Below are positions 13,321 to 25,689 of a DNA stretch of 64,000 nucleotides, piece by piece (within the stretch, counting starts at the first letter, position 1; the number at the start of each line of letters is the position of its first letter). The DNA comes from Isurus oxyrinchus (taxonomy: Eukaryota), in contig JANJGN010000016.1 of assembly GCA_026770705.1 (NCBI GenBank), positions 48,856,001 to 48,920,000 of the forward strand. Direction: 5' to 3'. The notes under the pieces are model-generated. The model was not told the DNA's origin. It did not search any database and saw nothing but the letters and a program-made list of their open reading frames with translations. The translations under genes were made by a program, and so were the position numbers.

Positions 13321-14980
13321 TACTAATTAAAAGCACCATATAAATACAAGTTGTTACTTTGGTGAAACAGCATGTGTTCAAACTCATGAGCAACACCATA
13401 GAAGACCTTGTAATATTAAAAGTCCTATTTATTAGCAGACACTTCCTACAAGAGTCGCCCTTTTCTTGTCCATTCCCTGATGTTACTTCTATCATACCTG
13501 TCTCATGCTCGACTGACATGATTGAATGCTGAAATAATGGGTTCTCTTTAACTCACTTTGGATTATTTTTCAGTGTGCTATTAAGGCCTACTACACATGT
13601 TCACATATGTATGTTTTCACATATTAAGTGGGCAATTTTAACCCTACCCAGCTGTCGGAAAACTGGAGGATGGGCAGTTAAAATGCCCCGGTTTACTTAA
13701 TTACCAGAAAGCAGCATAGATATGATTTTAACAGATGTATTAGGCCCCGAGAGTAATTTTAATTTCGGCATGAACGAGAAAGCAATTTTGGAAGCTTACA
13801 ACCAATGCATCCACTATCTCTGCAACCACTTCTTTTAAGACCCTTGGATGCAGGCCATCAGGTCCAGGGGTCTAGTCAGTCTTTAGCCCCATTAGTTTTC
13901 CCAGTAGTTTTTCTCTAATGGTAGTGATTGTTTGCTTTCCTCTCTCCGTTTGTCCCTTGATTTTCCACTATTCTTGGGATGCTTTTGGTATCATCTACAG
14001 TGAAGACAGATACAAAATACTTGTGCAAAGTCCCTGCCATTTCTTTGTTTCCCATTATTAATTCCCCAGTCTCATCTTCTAAGGGGCGACCACTTACTTT
14101 AGCTGCTCCTTTTTGTATAATGTAGAAGTTCTTCCTGTCTGTTTCTACATTTCTTCTAGTTTACTCTCATTCTAATTTCTCCATCTGATTTTTTTTTTTA
14201 GTTACCCTTTGCCGGTTTCTAAAATTTTCCCAATTTTCTGGCCTACCACTAATTTTCACAGAATTATGCACCTTTTCATTCAATTTGATACCACCTTTAA
14301 CTCCCTTAGTTAGCCAAGGACAGTGCACCCTTGTGGAAGAGCCTTTCTTAATGGAATATATATTTGTTGAGAGTTATGAAATAGCATATTAAATGTCTGT
14401 CACTGCTTCTCCACTGTCAACTTTTTAACTTGCTTTCCCTGCCTACTTTGGCCAGCTCTGGCTTCATATCTTTGTAATTGCCCGTACGTAAGCTGAGGAC
14501 ACTGGTTTTAGCCCCATGTTTCTCATTTTTAAATTGGATGTGAAATTCACGTTATGATCACTGTTCCCCACAGGACTCCCAAACTAAAAGTTATATCCCT
14601 AAGACATATGAATCATGAAATTGCATATTCATAACTATGACATCATTAATTGATCCATACTCATTGCACATTACTAGCTATAATTACTAGTTGATTCCTT
14701 GGTTGGTTCCATAATGTATTGTTGTAAGAAACTTCTGAATGCACTGTATGAACTCATCGTCAAGGCTACCTTTGTCAATTTGGTCCAATCTTTATGTCGA
14801 TTAAAATTGCAATATCTTTCTTATAAGCCCCATTATTTCTTGATTTATATTCTGTCCTACAGTATAGCTATAATTAGGTGCCTATATACTGCTCCACTGC
14901 TATTTCTTATCTCCACCCAAATTGATTCTATATCTTTGAAAAAGCTCAGCAGGTCTGGCAACATCGGCGGAGAAGAAAAG

Positions 14981-15019
14981 AGTTGACGTTTCGAGTCTTC
15001 ACGACCCTTCAACAGAACT
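14981..15019 (-). ncRNA. Minimal type I hammerhead-like ribozyme motif in PLE pseudo-LTR
   Basis: - strand AGUU CUGUUGA A GGGUC gugaa GACUC GAAA CGUC AACU: stem I AGUU/AACU, stem II GGGUC/GACUC, GUC cleavage triplet. Confidence 0.7.
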
Positions 15020-17042
15020 GAGTGAGTCTTAGGAAAGGGGTGAAATATAAGCTGGTTTAAGGTGGGGTGGTTGTAGGGACAAGCAAGCAGTGATAGGAGC
15101 AGATAATCAAAAGATGTCACAGACAAAAGAACAAAAGAACACAAAGGCGTTGAAGGTGGTGATATTATCTAAACAAATGTGCTAATTAAGAATGGATGGT
15201 AGGGCACTCAAGGTACAGCTCTAGTGGGGGTGGGCTGGAAAGGCTAGCAGGGCATAAAAGATTTAAAAATAATGGAAATAGGTGGGAAAAGAAAAATCTA
15301 TATAAATTATTGGAAAAAACAAAAGGAAGGGGGAAGAAACAGAAAGGTGGCAGGGATGGAGGAGGGAGTTCAAGATCTAAAGTTGTTGAATTCAATATTC
15401 AGTCCGGAAGGCTGTAAAGTGCCTAGTTGGAAGATGAGGTGCTGCTCTTCCAGTTTGCGTTGGGCTTCACTGGAACAATACAGCAAGCCGAGGACAGACA
15501 TGTAGGCAAGAGAGCAGGGTGGAGTGTTAAAATGGCAAGCGACAGGAAGGTTTGGGTCATTCTTGCGAACATTCCTTGTTCCAGTCCTACTCTGGCTCCC
15601 TTCCACAACTCTTTCTCCGGTACATCGATGATTACTTCAGTGCTGCTTCATGCTCTTGTTGGGACTTGGAAAAATTGATTAATTTTGCTTCCAATCTCCA
15701 CCCCTCCATCGTTTTCACATGGTCCATCTCTGACACTTCCCTTCCCTTCCTTGACCTCTCTGTCTCAATCTCTGGTGAAAGCCTGTCCACCAATATCCAT
15801 TACAAGCCTATTGACTCCCACAGCTACCTCGACTACAGCTCCTCACACCCCGCTTCCTATAAGGACTCCATTCCATTCTCTCAGTTCCTTCGCCTCCGTC
15901 GCATCTGATCTGATGATGCTACCTTCAAAAACAGTTCCTTTGACATGTCCTCCTTCTTCCTTTAACCGAAGTTTTCCACCCACGGTCGTTGACAGGGCCC
16001 TCAACCGTGTCCGGCCCATCTCCCGCGCATCCGCCCTCACGCCTTCCCCTCCCTCCCAGAAACATGATAGGGTCCCCCTTGCCCTCACTTATCACCCCAC
16101 CAGCCTCCGCATTCAAAGGATCATCCTCCGCCATTTGCACCAACTCCAGCATGATGCCACCACCAACACATCTTCCCTTCACCCCCCTGGCGGCATTCCA
16201 TAGGTATCATTCCCTCCGGGACGCCCTGGTCCACTCCTCCATCACCCCCTACTCCTCAACCCCCACCTATGGCACCTCCCCATGCCCACGCAAAAGATGC
16301 AGCACCTGCCCCTTCACTTCCACTCTCCTCACCGACCAAGGGCCCAAACACTCCTTTCAAGTGAAGCAGCATTTCACTTGCATTTCCCCCAACTTACTCT
16401 ACTGCATTCGTTGCTCCCAATGCGGTCTCCTCTACATTGGAGAGACCAAACGTAAACTGGGCGACCGCTTTGCAGAACACCTGCGGTCTGTCCGCAAGAA
16501 TGACCCAAACCTCCCTGTCGCTTGCCATTTTAACACTCCACCCTGCTCTCTTGCCTACATGTCGGTCCTTGGCTTGCTGCATTGTTCCAGTGAAGCCCAA
16601 CGCAAACTGGAGGAACAGCACCTCATCTTCCGACTAGGCACTTTACAGCCTTCTGGACTGAATATTGAATTCAACAACTTTAGGTCTTGAACTCCCTCCT
16701 CTATCCCCACCCCCTTTCTGTTTCTTCCCCCTTCCTTTTTTTTCCAATAATTTATATAGACTTTTCTTTTCCCACCTATTTCCATTATTTTTAAATCTTT
16801 TATGCCCTGCTAGTCTTTCCAGCCCATCCCCACTAGAGCTCTACCATCCATTCTTAATTAGCACATTTGTTTAGATAATATCAGCACCTTCAGTGCCTCT
16901 GTGTTCTTTTGATTATCTGCTCCTATCACTGTTTGCTTGTCCCTACAACCACACCCCCCCCCCAACTTCTCTCTCCTCTTCTCCTCCACCCCCCCCCAAC
17001 CTTAAACCAGCTTATATTTTACCCCTCTCCTTAGATTCACTC

Positions 17043-17081
17043 AGTTCTGTTAAAGAGTCATGAGGACTCGAAACATCAACT
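17043..17081 (+). ncRNA. Degenerate hammerhead motif in PLE pseudo-LTR
   Basis: AGUU CUGUUAA A GAGUC augag GACUC GAAA CAUC AACU; G8 and the stem III palindrome are mutated. Confidence 0.5.
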
Positions 17082-20000
17082 CTTTTCTTCTCCGCCGATG
17101 CTGCCAGACCTGCTGAGTTTTTCCAGGTAATTCTGTTTTTGTTTTGGATTTCCAGCATCTGCAGTTTTTTGTTTTTATCTCTTTTGATTCTATATCTTGA
17201 TCTTCTGAGCTAAGGTCGGTTCTCACTAGTGTACTGATCTCATGCTTTATTAAGAGAGCTACCCAACCTCCTTTTCCTTTCTTCCTATCCTTTTGAAATG
17301 TCCAATATCCTTGACTTTTCAATTCCCAGACATCGTCACCTTGCAACCAAGTTTCTGTAATGACTATCATATCATATCCATTTAGTTCTATTTGAGCCAT
17401 CATCTCCTCTGTTTTGTTGTGAATGCCGCTTGTATTCAGATAAGGAGTGTTAAATTCTGGCATATACTATTTTTCCCTACTCTTCTCTACAGTCTTGTTT
17501 GCTTGCCCTGTCCCTTCCTGTCACACTCTGCTTATCATTACCAATATCACTATACTGCCTGACCTTTCTTATTAACTTCTCAAATTTCCCCTCAGCTGAA
17601 CTTTCATTCCAACCCCCCCTCCCTCCAAACTATCTGACTTGAAGCCCCCCCTACAGCCTTAAGTTATTTGATTCGTCAGGACACTGGGTCCCAACGCAGT
17701 TCAAGTGAAGCCCAACCCAACAGAACGGTTGCCAGTGCCCCAGGAATTGAAATCCATTTCTCCCATATCAGTCTTTGCACCATACATTCAACTCTCTGAT
17801 CTTATTTACTCTATGCCAATTTGCTTGTGGCTCAGGTAGTATTTTGGAGATATAAAAGGAAAGTGCTGGAAATACTCAGGACTGGCAGCACCTGTGGTGA
17901 AAAAAACAGAACATTGCGAGTCAAATATGAGTCTTCCTCAGTCAGTTTACCTTTGTCGAGCTTTTTAATTCAGCTCGTAACTGCTCATGCTCCCTATGTC
18001 ATTGGTATCCATGTGGCCCATGACAACTGGATGTCTCCTCTTCAGCCCTAAGGCAATGCCGTTAACTCTGGCACCAGACAGGCAGTGCAGCCTTCAGGAC
18101 CTGTGCTGTCTGTGGTTATCTAGTCCTTGAACTATATTGTCCCACACTACTACATTCCTTTCACTCACCCTACTTGAATGGCCCCCTGTACCACCGAGCT
18201 GTGGTCAGTTTGCACATCCTCCTTGCTGTCCCTGTTCTTATCCACACAGGCTACAAGAACCTCAAACTTGTTGGACAAATGCAAGGCCTGATGCACCTCC
18301 AGTATTACTTTCTGGATTCCCATATGTGCCTCACTCCTGGTCACACCCTCCTTTCACTGACCACAGACCATATCGAAGTTCTTAACCTAAGGGGTGTGAC
18401 TGCCTCCTGCAATAAAGTGTTCAGGTAACTTTTCTCCCTCCCTGATGCATTGCAGTGTCCAGAGCTTGGACTCCAGTTCAAAAATTCTTCATGCTGCAGA
18501 CAAGCTGGTGTCCATCAGTGACCATGTGCTACACCTGCAGCACATCACTGATCCTATCATTTCCATCGTAATTTATTTACTAATTAGAGTTTCATGTTTT
18601 TAAATATCATTGAATGATTATTTGTAGTTATATTAAGTAGCTTAACTCATTACACAATAAATTTAATACAGTACTTGCATCTCCCAGGTCCTAGTTTAAC
18701 CCACTACCCTAGTTTAGAGAAAAAAACTTTAAAACTTGCCAACCAATCACCTGCCTACTCACCTAATTAATGCCTCCAGACTTCAGCTCTCAGGTCTCTC
18801 TGTCTCTCACTCCCTGTCGTGGACTGCTCCTTGTGTTGTAAAAGACCAAAACAGCACTTTGTGCTGAATTCCCTCAATTTCAAATTCCTGAGTTGGGTAT
18901 TCTGTCAAAACTGTATTCCATGCTAATTTAGTAAATAAGAAACAACCCTAAGAAACATTTCCATTGTTGAAGTTGCATAATTTTATATGTTCAAGGCAAA
19001 CAAATTTGATGAATGGCGCCCACTCATACTGTATTCTATGAAACATTAGATAAACTGGACAGATACGTTTTCATTAACTGAGGGCATTGTTTTTAGCTGG
19101 CAGACTACATTAAGTCAGGATGGCACTGTGGAAACAGGGCACATGGGGGTGGGGGGAGGAGAAGAGCCGTGAGTTGAAGACAGCTGGAGGGTGGAAGCTT
19201 GGATTGAATTGTAAGCCTGAAATCTTGAAACACTGCTGATCTTTGTCAACGATTGCTATGTTGGAGATGTTCCCAGGACACATCAGAAGGAGAGTCCTGG
19301 GTGAAGGAGGGGGAACTGCTTGTCAGATTACAATGGCATGGTGTAAATGACACAAGTTGGGTATGTGGTAATCGGTACATTGTAAGTGGTTGCAATGTAG
19401 TATGCATAGGAAGGAGAATAACAGTACAGTTTAGTGCAACTTAGCATAAGATTTTTTACCAAAACAACTGGAAGTGCTCTTCTATTATCACTACTTAATT
19501 AACTACAGCATTTAAAGAACTGAAGAGCATTTATTAAAGATTTGTAATCTGTTCTGTGTAATTAATGTCTGATGGTAAGGAAGCAATTAATTGTACCCAA
19601 AATGATTAGCAAGATTTTGGATTAGAGTGAATAAATGTATTCCTTTGGGTGGGTACTTTTTAACATGAGAAAAGGATGACGCTTGCTTCAGGAAAAACTG
19701 ATGTTGTGAGAAGGTATATGATTGTAACAGACCTTCAGATACCTTGGCATTCATTAACATTTGTAACAGAGCGTTAATTATGTAAGATGCATTTTGTAGC
19801 TCAGATCATTATTTATCATTAATTTGATCAGACCTTGGGGAATGCCATAATACAGAGCTGAGCTTGCTTTAAAATTTCGATTAATTCAGAACTATAATTT
19901 GTAGTTTGGAAATGCATGCGATGGCATATGAAAATCTCCAAATTTAAAATACAAAATAAACACTAAAGCCTCAGCAAATGCGTATTTGCTGGATTTTCAG

Positions 20001-21009
20001 TCTGTCACGTGTTGTCTGTCCTTTAAACATCAATCTGCCAAATATAGCTGTACAAGCCACATCAAACATTACTTGCTCACAGTGATTTAATATTTTTTAC
20101 TTTATGTAAATATGCAGTAATTACAGTAAACTTGGATTCTGTTAGCTTAAGCTAGTATTGTACTCATAGTAAAAGAATGTCTTTACTGTGTGCCATAACT
20201 TATTAATTGTTGGAACCATCAAAGGCGTATCAAATTTGCTTTTCTCAGAAAACACCTGCTTCATGTGTACTTTGTGTGACTAAAATCAAAGTGAATCTGA
20301 ATAGTATTTTAATAAATGCATATTAAAATTATTTGATGCTCTCTTAGGATTGTCTGTATCAAAATAATGTGAAGTGTGTATATTGGAAAGAGGGTGGTGG
20401 AAACCAAATGTTACACTAATGTGAAAGAACTTTTAATTTAAAATAATGTTGGTTGTCCATAAAGTGTATAAATATTTTCAATGTGGTGCTGTTAGTTTTC
20501 TATAATTTGTATATTCACCTGTTTAAGAAACCAAATTTGTAATATATAAAGACATATTTTGTTTTTGAATATATTTGAAATAAAATGATGGAAGAAGTGA
20601 GAGTAGTCGTGAATAAGATACAAAATATTGTCCATTTTCTTTATTGGCAACTTCATTTTCAAGGTAAACCATACCCATTTCTTCTGTATGAGTGATTTGG
20701 AGGCAACTTGTTCCCAGACTTCCACTGTTTGCTTGATCCTGTAGGAAGCATATGTTAAACCTAGGTTGGACGACTGCTGCACGGTTTTCTTTTTCTTAAC
20801 TCAGTGAGGCCCAGAACGGGAAGTTAGTTGGTATTACAGCATCAACCCCACATCATCTACCCCCTTTTTTTTATTGTTATACAAGCACTTTCATATTTAG
20901 TACGCTACTTCCTCAGAGTTATACAAAATATTTCATTTTGCTTTTTTCCATGACTATTTAACAATTTTGATGTCTAGATTTCAGTTTTTTATTCCTTATA
21001 GAGAGGAGA

Positions 21010-21330
21010 ATACTGTGTTTGAGTTCGGTAGTAAGGGAAAGATGCGTTGTCAGAAGTGCCATTTTTAGATGAAATCCTAAACTGAAGGATCCATCATCCT
21101 ATTTGAATAGACATGAAAGATCATTGGCTCTATTCAAAGAAGAGTGGGAGTACTTCAGTTATCCTAGACAACATTCCTTCCTCAATGAGCACTATCAAAA
21201 ACAGATGATGTGATCATTCATTTATTTGCTGTTTGTGGGATCTTCCTGTGTGCAATTTAGCTGTTGCATTTATTTTCATAATATTCGTGACTGCTTCAAA
21301 AAAATTTCATTGTTAGTAAAGCGTTTAATC
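21010..21330 (+). mobile_element. Old Deu-domain SINE (SacSINE1/AmnSINE-like) fragment
   Basis: Homologous to 60248-60672, including ttgctgtttgtgggatctt..tgtgcaa. Confidence 0.65.
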
Positions 21331-22485
21331 AATGTAAATTTGTTAATCCCTAATTCACAGGAGTAAAATTTAAATGTGTTAAATTAGAATCATAGAACTA
21401 AAATACTATCAAAAAATAATTTTTTTCACATTCCATGGTATCTATAAACCAAACAATTACTATGTATAAAGAGCTTAGTTTTATTAAAAATTTTAACAGT
21501 AATACTTCTAATTAGCATAATGTTCATTAATGAGACCAGTATTAATAAAATAAATCCGAGAACAAGTGCTTTAAAAATAAGGGAAGCAGTGCTGGTACAT
21601 GGAGCTTTTACACAAAATGTCATGGAATGATATGAAGCAGATTCAAGTTCCCCCACCATTCGAATTTTTGATTTCAGTTGTGCCAGTGTGAAAAGCCAGG
21701 TGTTTTCCATCCCTGGTGTGGGAATGCTGAATCCAGAATTTCCATCTTTCTGATTTTGTGCAGTTTCTGTTAGCTGACAAAGAGTAGCTTTGTTAGTGAA
21801 CCATTCTACCTTTCTAAATTTTAGGATTCCTGTGATGCAGAAATGAAAAGCATGGAGGAGTGTGTACTTTCACAAGAGATCAATAAAAACCAAATGCCCA
21901 TAATTTGCAAGACACCCACAATCAGGATTTAATTTGATTTTATCTCATTTGCTTTTATTTCATTGTTATTACATTTTGTCATAATAAAATCAGTTTGCCT
22001 TGGTAGCTGAGTTCCTTGGGCAGTGTGACATAAAATGTGATTGGAAATGTTTATTTTGTGACATGTTATAATGGGAAATGGACCAGTAAAAGGAGTTTAT
22101 AAAAGTATGTTAATTAATTACAAGGGAATGATTAATTTGGTAAAATCATCTTACTATGTAGCTGATGTAAAGCGCGAAATAAGGGAATGGTTTTGCAAAT
22201 CAGCTTTAACTTGTAAAGTGTTTAACTCTGAGTATTGAGTTTTTCCATATGATTGGTATATCATTTGAATGATTAGTCTTAAAATTAAAGGAAATTAACT
22301 AACTGGTTACATCCCTCTGGTCAGTCGCATCATACCCTTTTGCCTTATGAACAGACTATAACCGAATTTGTTAAGACTTGCCCATCTGGTAGTCAACATA
22401 CTCTTGGGGCTTTATATAGTAAGGCTGAGAACAAGTTTGAACATGCTCTTCCCTGATTCTGTTGTTTTTATCTCCACTCCTTCAG

Positions 22486-22591
22486 TGCCCTACAGGAGTC
22501 ATTAAATCAAAACTTCATGTTGATCATTACGCATCGAGAAGCCCAACGGGATTATAGCCTGAACTTTCCGGGCACCAGAACTGTACAAGAG
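22486..22591 (+). CDS. FAF1: Internal coding exon of FAF1 (Fas-associated factor 1), start of the second ubiquitin-like region; probably equivalent to human exon 7
   Basis: Pyrimidine tract and CAG acceptor (ends 22485), GTGAG donor at 22592. The 106 nt are 1 nt plus 35 codons: ALQESLNQNFMLIITHREAQRDYSLNFPGTRTVQE, which I recognise as closely matching vertebrate FAF1 ALQESLNQNFMLIITHREVQREYNLNFSGSSTIQE. Neighbouring exons were not found in the window. Confidence 0.93.
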
Positions 22592-24109
22592 GTGAGTTAC
22601 ACTGGAGTTAGGAAGTACAAATAGCTCATTATCACTACTAGAAGCCCTGATAAAGAGGTTCTAATCTTTTGCTAATTATTGCACAAACTTCTGATTTCTT
22701 ATTTGCTTGCCTTAAAGCTGTGGTAAGAACTTTAAAGCGGCTTTATTATCTTGATAGAAAGACAGAAAGTTATCTGAGCTGTTCTGTGCTTTTATTGATG
22801 TGTTAGAACGAGAGTTCCAGAATTGGGGGGAGTTGTTGCACAATTGCTGGCAACCTCGAAGTGAACTTGTTAGATTCACCAAGGCTGGCAGTCCAAGAGT
22901 TAAAATAGCTAATATAGCCTGAGCTGTTACCACTAACCATGCTTTTATTGTGTATCATCCAAGGTGAGACCTGACTGAGTCTACATTTCTGTGTTTTGTT
23001 TTTTAATACTGCCCTGTAGTGTTTTTGAAGAGTTTCATAGTAATGTTTTTGATCTATTCTTATTGCTTATAGTTTCCAGTGGCTTTCATACCTGAGTGTT
23101 GTACTAAAATGCTGCAAAAATAGGTTGTCACAGCCATGATTTTCTTCAATAATTCTTGTGGCATTTTGAGTGCTACAAAAAAAACCAGCTTATTTAAAAT
23201 TGGATTAGTGCAAATATTATACTCAGCTACAGATTCTTTTGCCTGGGTTGATAACAATTGGCTCCACTCCTTTTATCCTTCTGAAATGTAAATTGCTTTA
23301 AGTCTTTTTGCAATAAATGATTATTGATTCAAATATTATTTAATAAGTCATTTGAATGAAAACGGATGGCACATTTTCACTTGTTATATCAATAATTGTT
23401 TGAAAGAACTGGCCTCGCGTGCTCTTAATTAAATTAAAATTCAAATTGTCTGTGAATTTTATTTTGAAAGCTTCATCAATGCAATAAAATTGAAATTGGA
23501 TTCCAGGATTTGGGGATTTCAATACTGCCTCATCAGCCTCTGTACAGAAAATTTAAGCTGGTAGTTGTAATGCTTGATTTGCCTTTGAGTAAAGGAGCAA
23601 TCTCTCTTCTGACAATTTCACAGACCAAATAGATTTCTTTTATTGTCTGTTTTCTTCACTTTGTTTCTCCTCTTCTTTGAAGGCTTTGACATCTTGCTGC
23701 ATTGTGGTTTCAAAGATACTGACCATCCACTGGCACCTCACACAAGTAGTCATTTTTCATCTGTGAGCCTTGATGGTGAACATCAAGCCTGATCTTGTTC
23801 TCACCCAGTGTCCACATATGCTTTTAGCAGAGCACCCCAGGAAGTTGATGTTCATGCATCTGGGATGATTAAAGGGCATTAAGCCATTATGTAGTTACCC
23901 TCATCCTTCAGGTGATTTCATGCCTGTGCACCAACTATCCCTTTGCCCAATCTCCCACGAGAGGCAAATTAAATAACAGAGACTTATAGCTCAGTTTAAA
24001 AATTCCACTCTTCGCCCACATAGATATTCAAACAAGCCCCAGATGCATGCCTTATTTTCCAGAACCTTATACTCTTGCCTTCTGTATGCTTTGATCACCT
24101 TGTTTTGCA

Positions 24110-24380
24110 GAAATCCATCTAGTGAGAACTTAAATTTAAGACCCCCACCAAAAGACTGAAGGCAGAGGTTAGGAGAATGCTTTTTCATGCAAAAGGTTGT
24201 TAGGATTTTGGATGCCCAGTGGTGGAAGCAGAATCCATAGTAACAGTGTTTGAAAAGGAAATTGATAAATATTTGAAAAATGGAAGTTTGGGAAAAGGAC
24301 AAGGGAATAAAAGTAAGTGGATAGCTCTTTAAAAGCTGGTACAGATGATAAAAGATTTCTCTCTCAACTGTAAATTTCTG
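24110..24380 (+). mobile_element. CR1 3' fragment
   Basis: gttaggagaatgctttttcatgcaaaaggttg..gtggtggaagcag..gaaattgataaatatttg matches the CR1 ORF2 end of other copies. Confidence 0.6.
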
Positions 24381-24449
24381 CAATAAGTTGGAATGGTCTG
24401 CATTTTTAATTAATGGAGGAATTTGCATTAGCAACATCCAGAATTGAGA

Positions 24450-24647
24450 CGAAAACAAAAAATACTGGTAAAACTCAGGTCTGAGAGCATCTGTAGAGAG
24501 AGAGACAGAGATAACGTTTTGAGTCTGTATGACTCTTCATCTTTATCTCTGTCTCTCTCTTCATAGATGCTGTCAGACCTGCTGAGTTTTTCCAACATTT
24601 TTTGTTTTCGTTTCAGATTTCCAGCATCCGCAGTATTTTGCCTTTAT
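24450..24647. mobile_element. Mini fold-back PLE pseudo-LTR
   Basis: Arms 24450-24514 and 24543-24610 are inverted; the spacer is the antisense hammerhead core; imperfect 13-bp TSD TCCAGAATTGAGA (24437-24449) / TCCAAAATAGAGA (24648-24660). Confidence 0.75.
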
Positions 24648-25689
24648 TCCAAAATAGAGAGTTTGTTTTTCAGTACTTCAGTAGAATGATCTAAAGAGCT
24701 TAAATTTCCTTCTTGGGGCCCTTTTCTACCAAACAATCAATTTCCAAATCACAATCCGCAAATGTAATACTTCAGCATTCAGTCAGTTTTGTATAATCTA
24801 CTAAGGTAACAGATTAACAAGGTCACATTTTGTAAGCATTTTTCATAGCTTAGTATCCAATACACACTGTTTTCAACCTAACTTAACTTGTTACTGGAAA
24901 ACTGTTTGCTTAGCATGCATGAAAAATGTCATGAAATATTTAGATAGACACACATTGTGTTCAATTCATGTATTCACTAAAAATGTAGGACTTGTTCTTC
25001 CCCGCTAAATATGGTTGATTGTTTTAATCCACCAATAGGAGGAATACAATGTTTTAGACTCGCTAAAAATACTGGTTAGCTTTTTTAACTTTCAGCTTTC
25101 ATGCTTTTGCTCAATATCTAAAGCAGCTAGCGCATGTTTTCTCTCATTTTTCAGAACCTTTTTCTAAGAATTTAAAATTGGCCCTGGATGGTGCAGTTTG
25201 ATGCACCTTTGGAACAACAAGAAAACACTACTGTTCTTATTAAGACACCCATTTCAATAAAAAGAAAAACAATCAATACTGATTCCTTTGCAGAGGGCAA
25301 CTAGATTTATAGTGCAAACCCTCTAAAGGATTAAGATATGTCACTCAATGAATCCATTTGTGTTCTGACCAATCTAACAAAAATCTTGTTCCTTCCAGCA
25401 AGGGAATTCCTTTATCTTTCCATCAAGTGAACCCATAGGAGCTTTTCTGGGAATATCTACAGGCAATTGCAAATGTGATTTCCCTGAAGAGGGGTGGGGA
25501 GAAGAGGATGATAGCGATAGAGCATCAATATACTTGCAGCAAACATCAACCTTGGAATAGAAACTTCCCTTTGAAATTTGCTAATGTAGCAACCACTGAC
25601 ATGCATGGGAATTGTCATGGCCACTCTAGGCTATGCCCACAGATATCTGGGCTGACTTGCAAGAATTAGCAGAATACTTCCTGAAAACC

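Larger units (their letters stand above)
14937..17183 (+). mobile_element. Penelope-like element (Neptune-type), 5'-truncated, with an inverted copy of its 3' end (14938-15570); 15-bp TSD
   Basis: RT core FLRYIDDYF, Cys linker CPRKRCSTC, GIY-YIG NLLYCIRCSQCGLLYIGETKRKLGDRFAEH..GLNIEF. One stop and frameshifts. TSD TTGATTCTATATCTT at 14922-14936 and 17184-17198. Confidence 0.93.
13800..18850 (-). mobile_element. Degenerate CR1 LINE: 5' UTR, ORF1 remnants, APE domain and ORF2 middle; split by PLE insertions at 14937-17183 and ~17845-17945
   Basis: APE motif GIHNKTEEMMAQIELNGYDMIVITETWLQ..DRKKGKGGWVALLIK continues across the PLE into DIESIWVEIRNSSG. Esterase-like CLSGARV (~18060-18085) and Cys-rich VMCCRCSTW (~18520-18550) ORF1 remnants. 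Confidence 0.8.
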
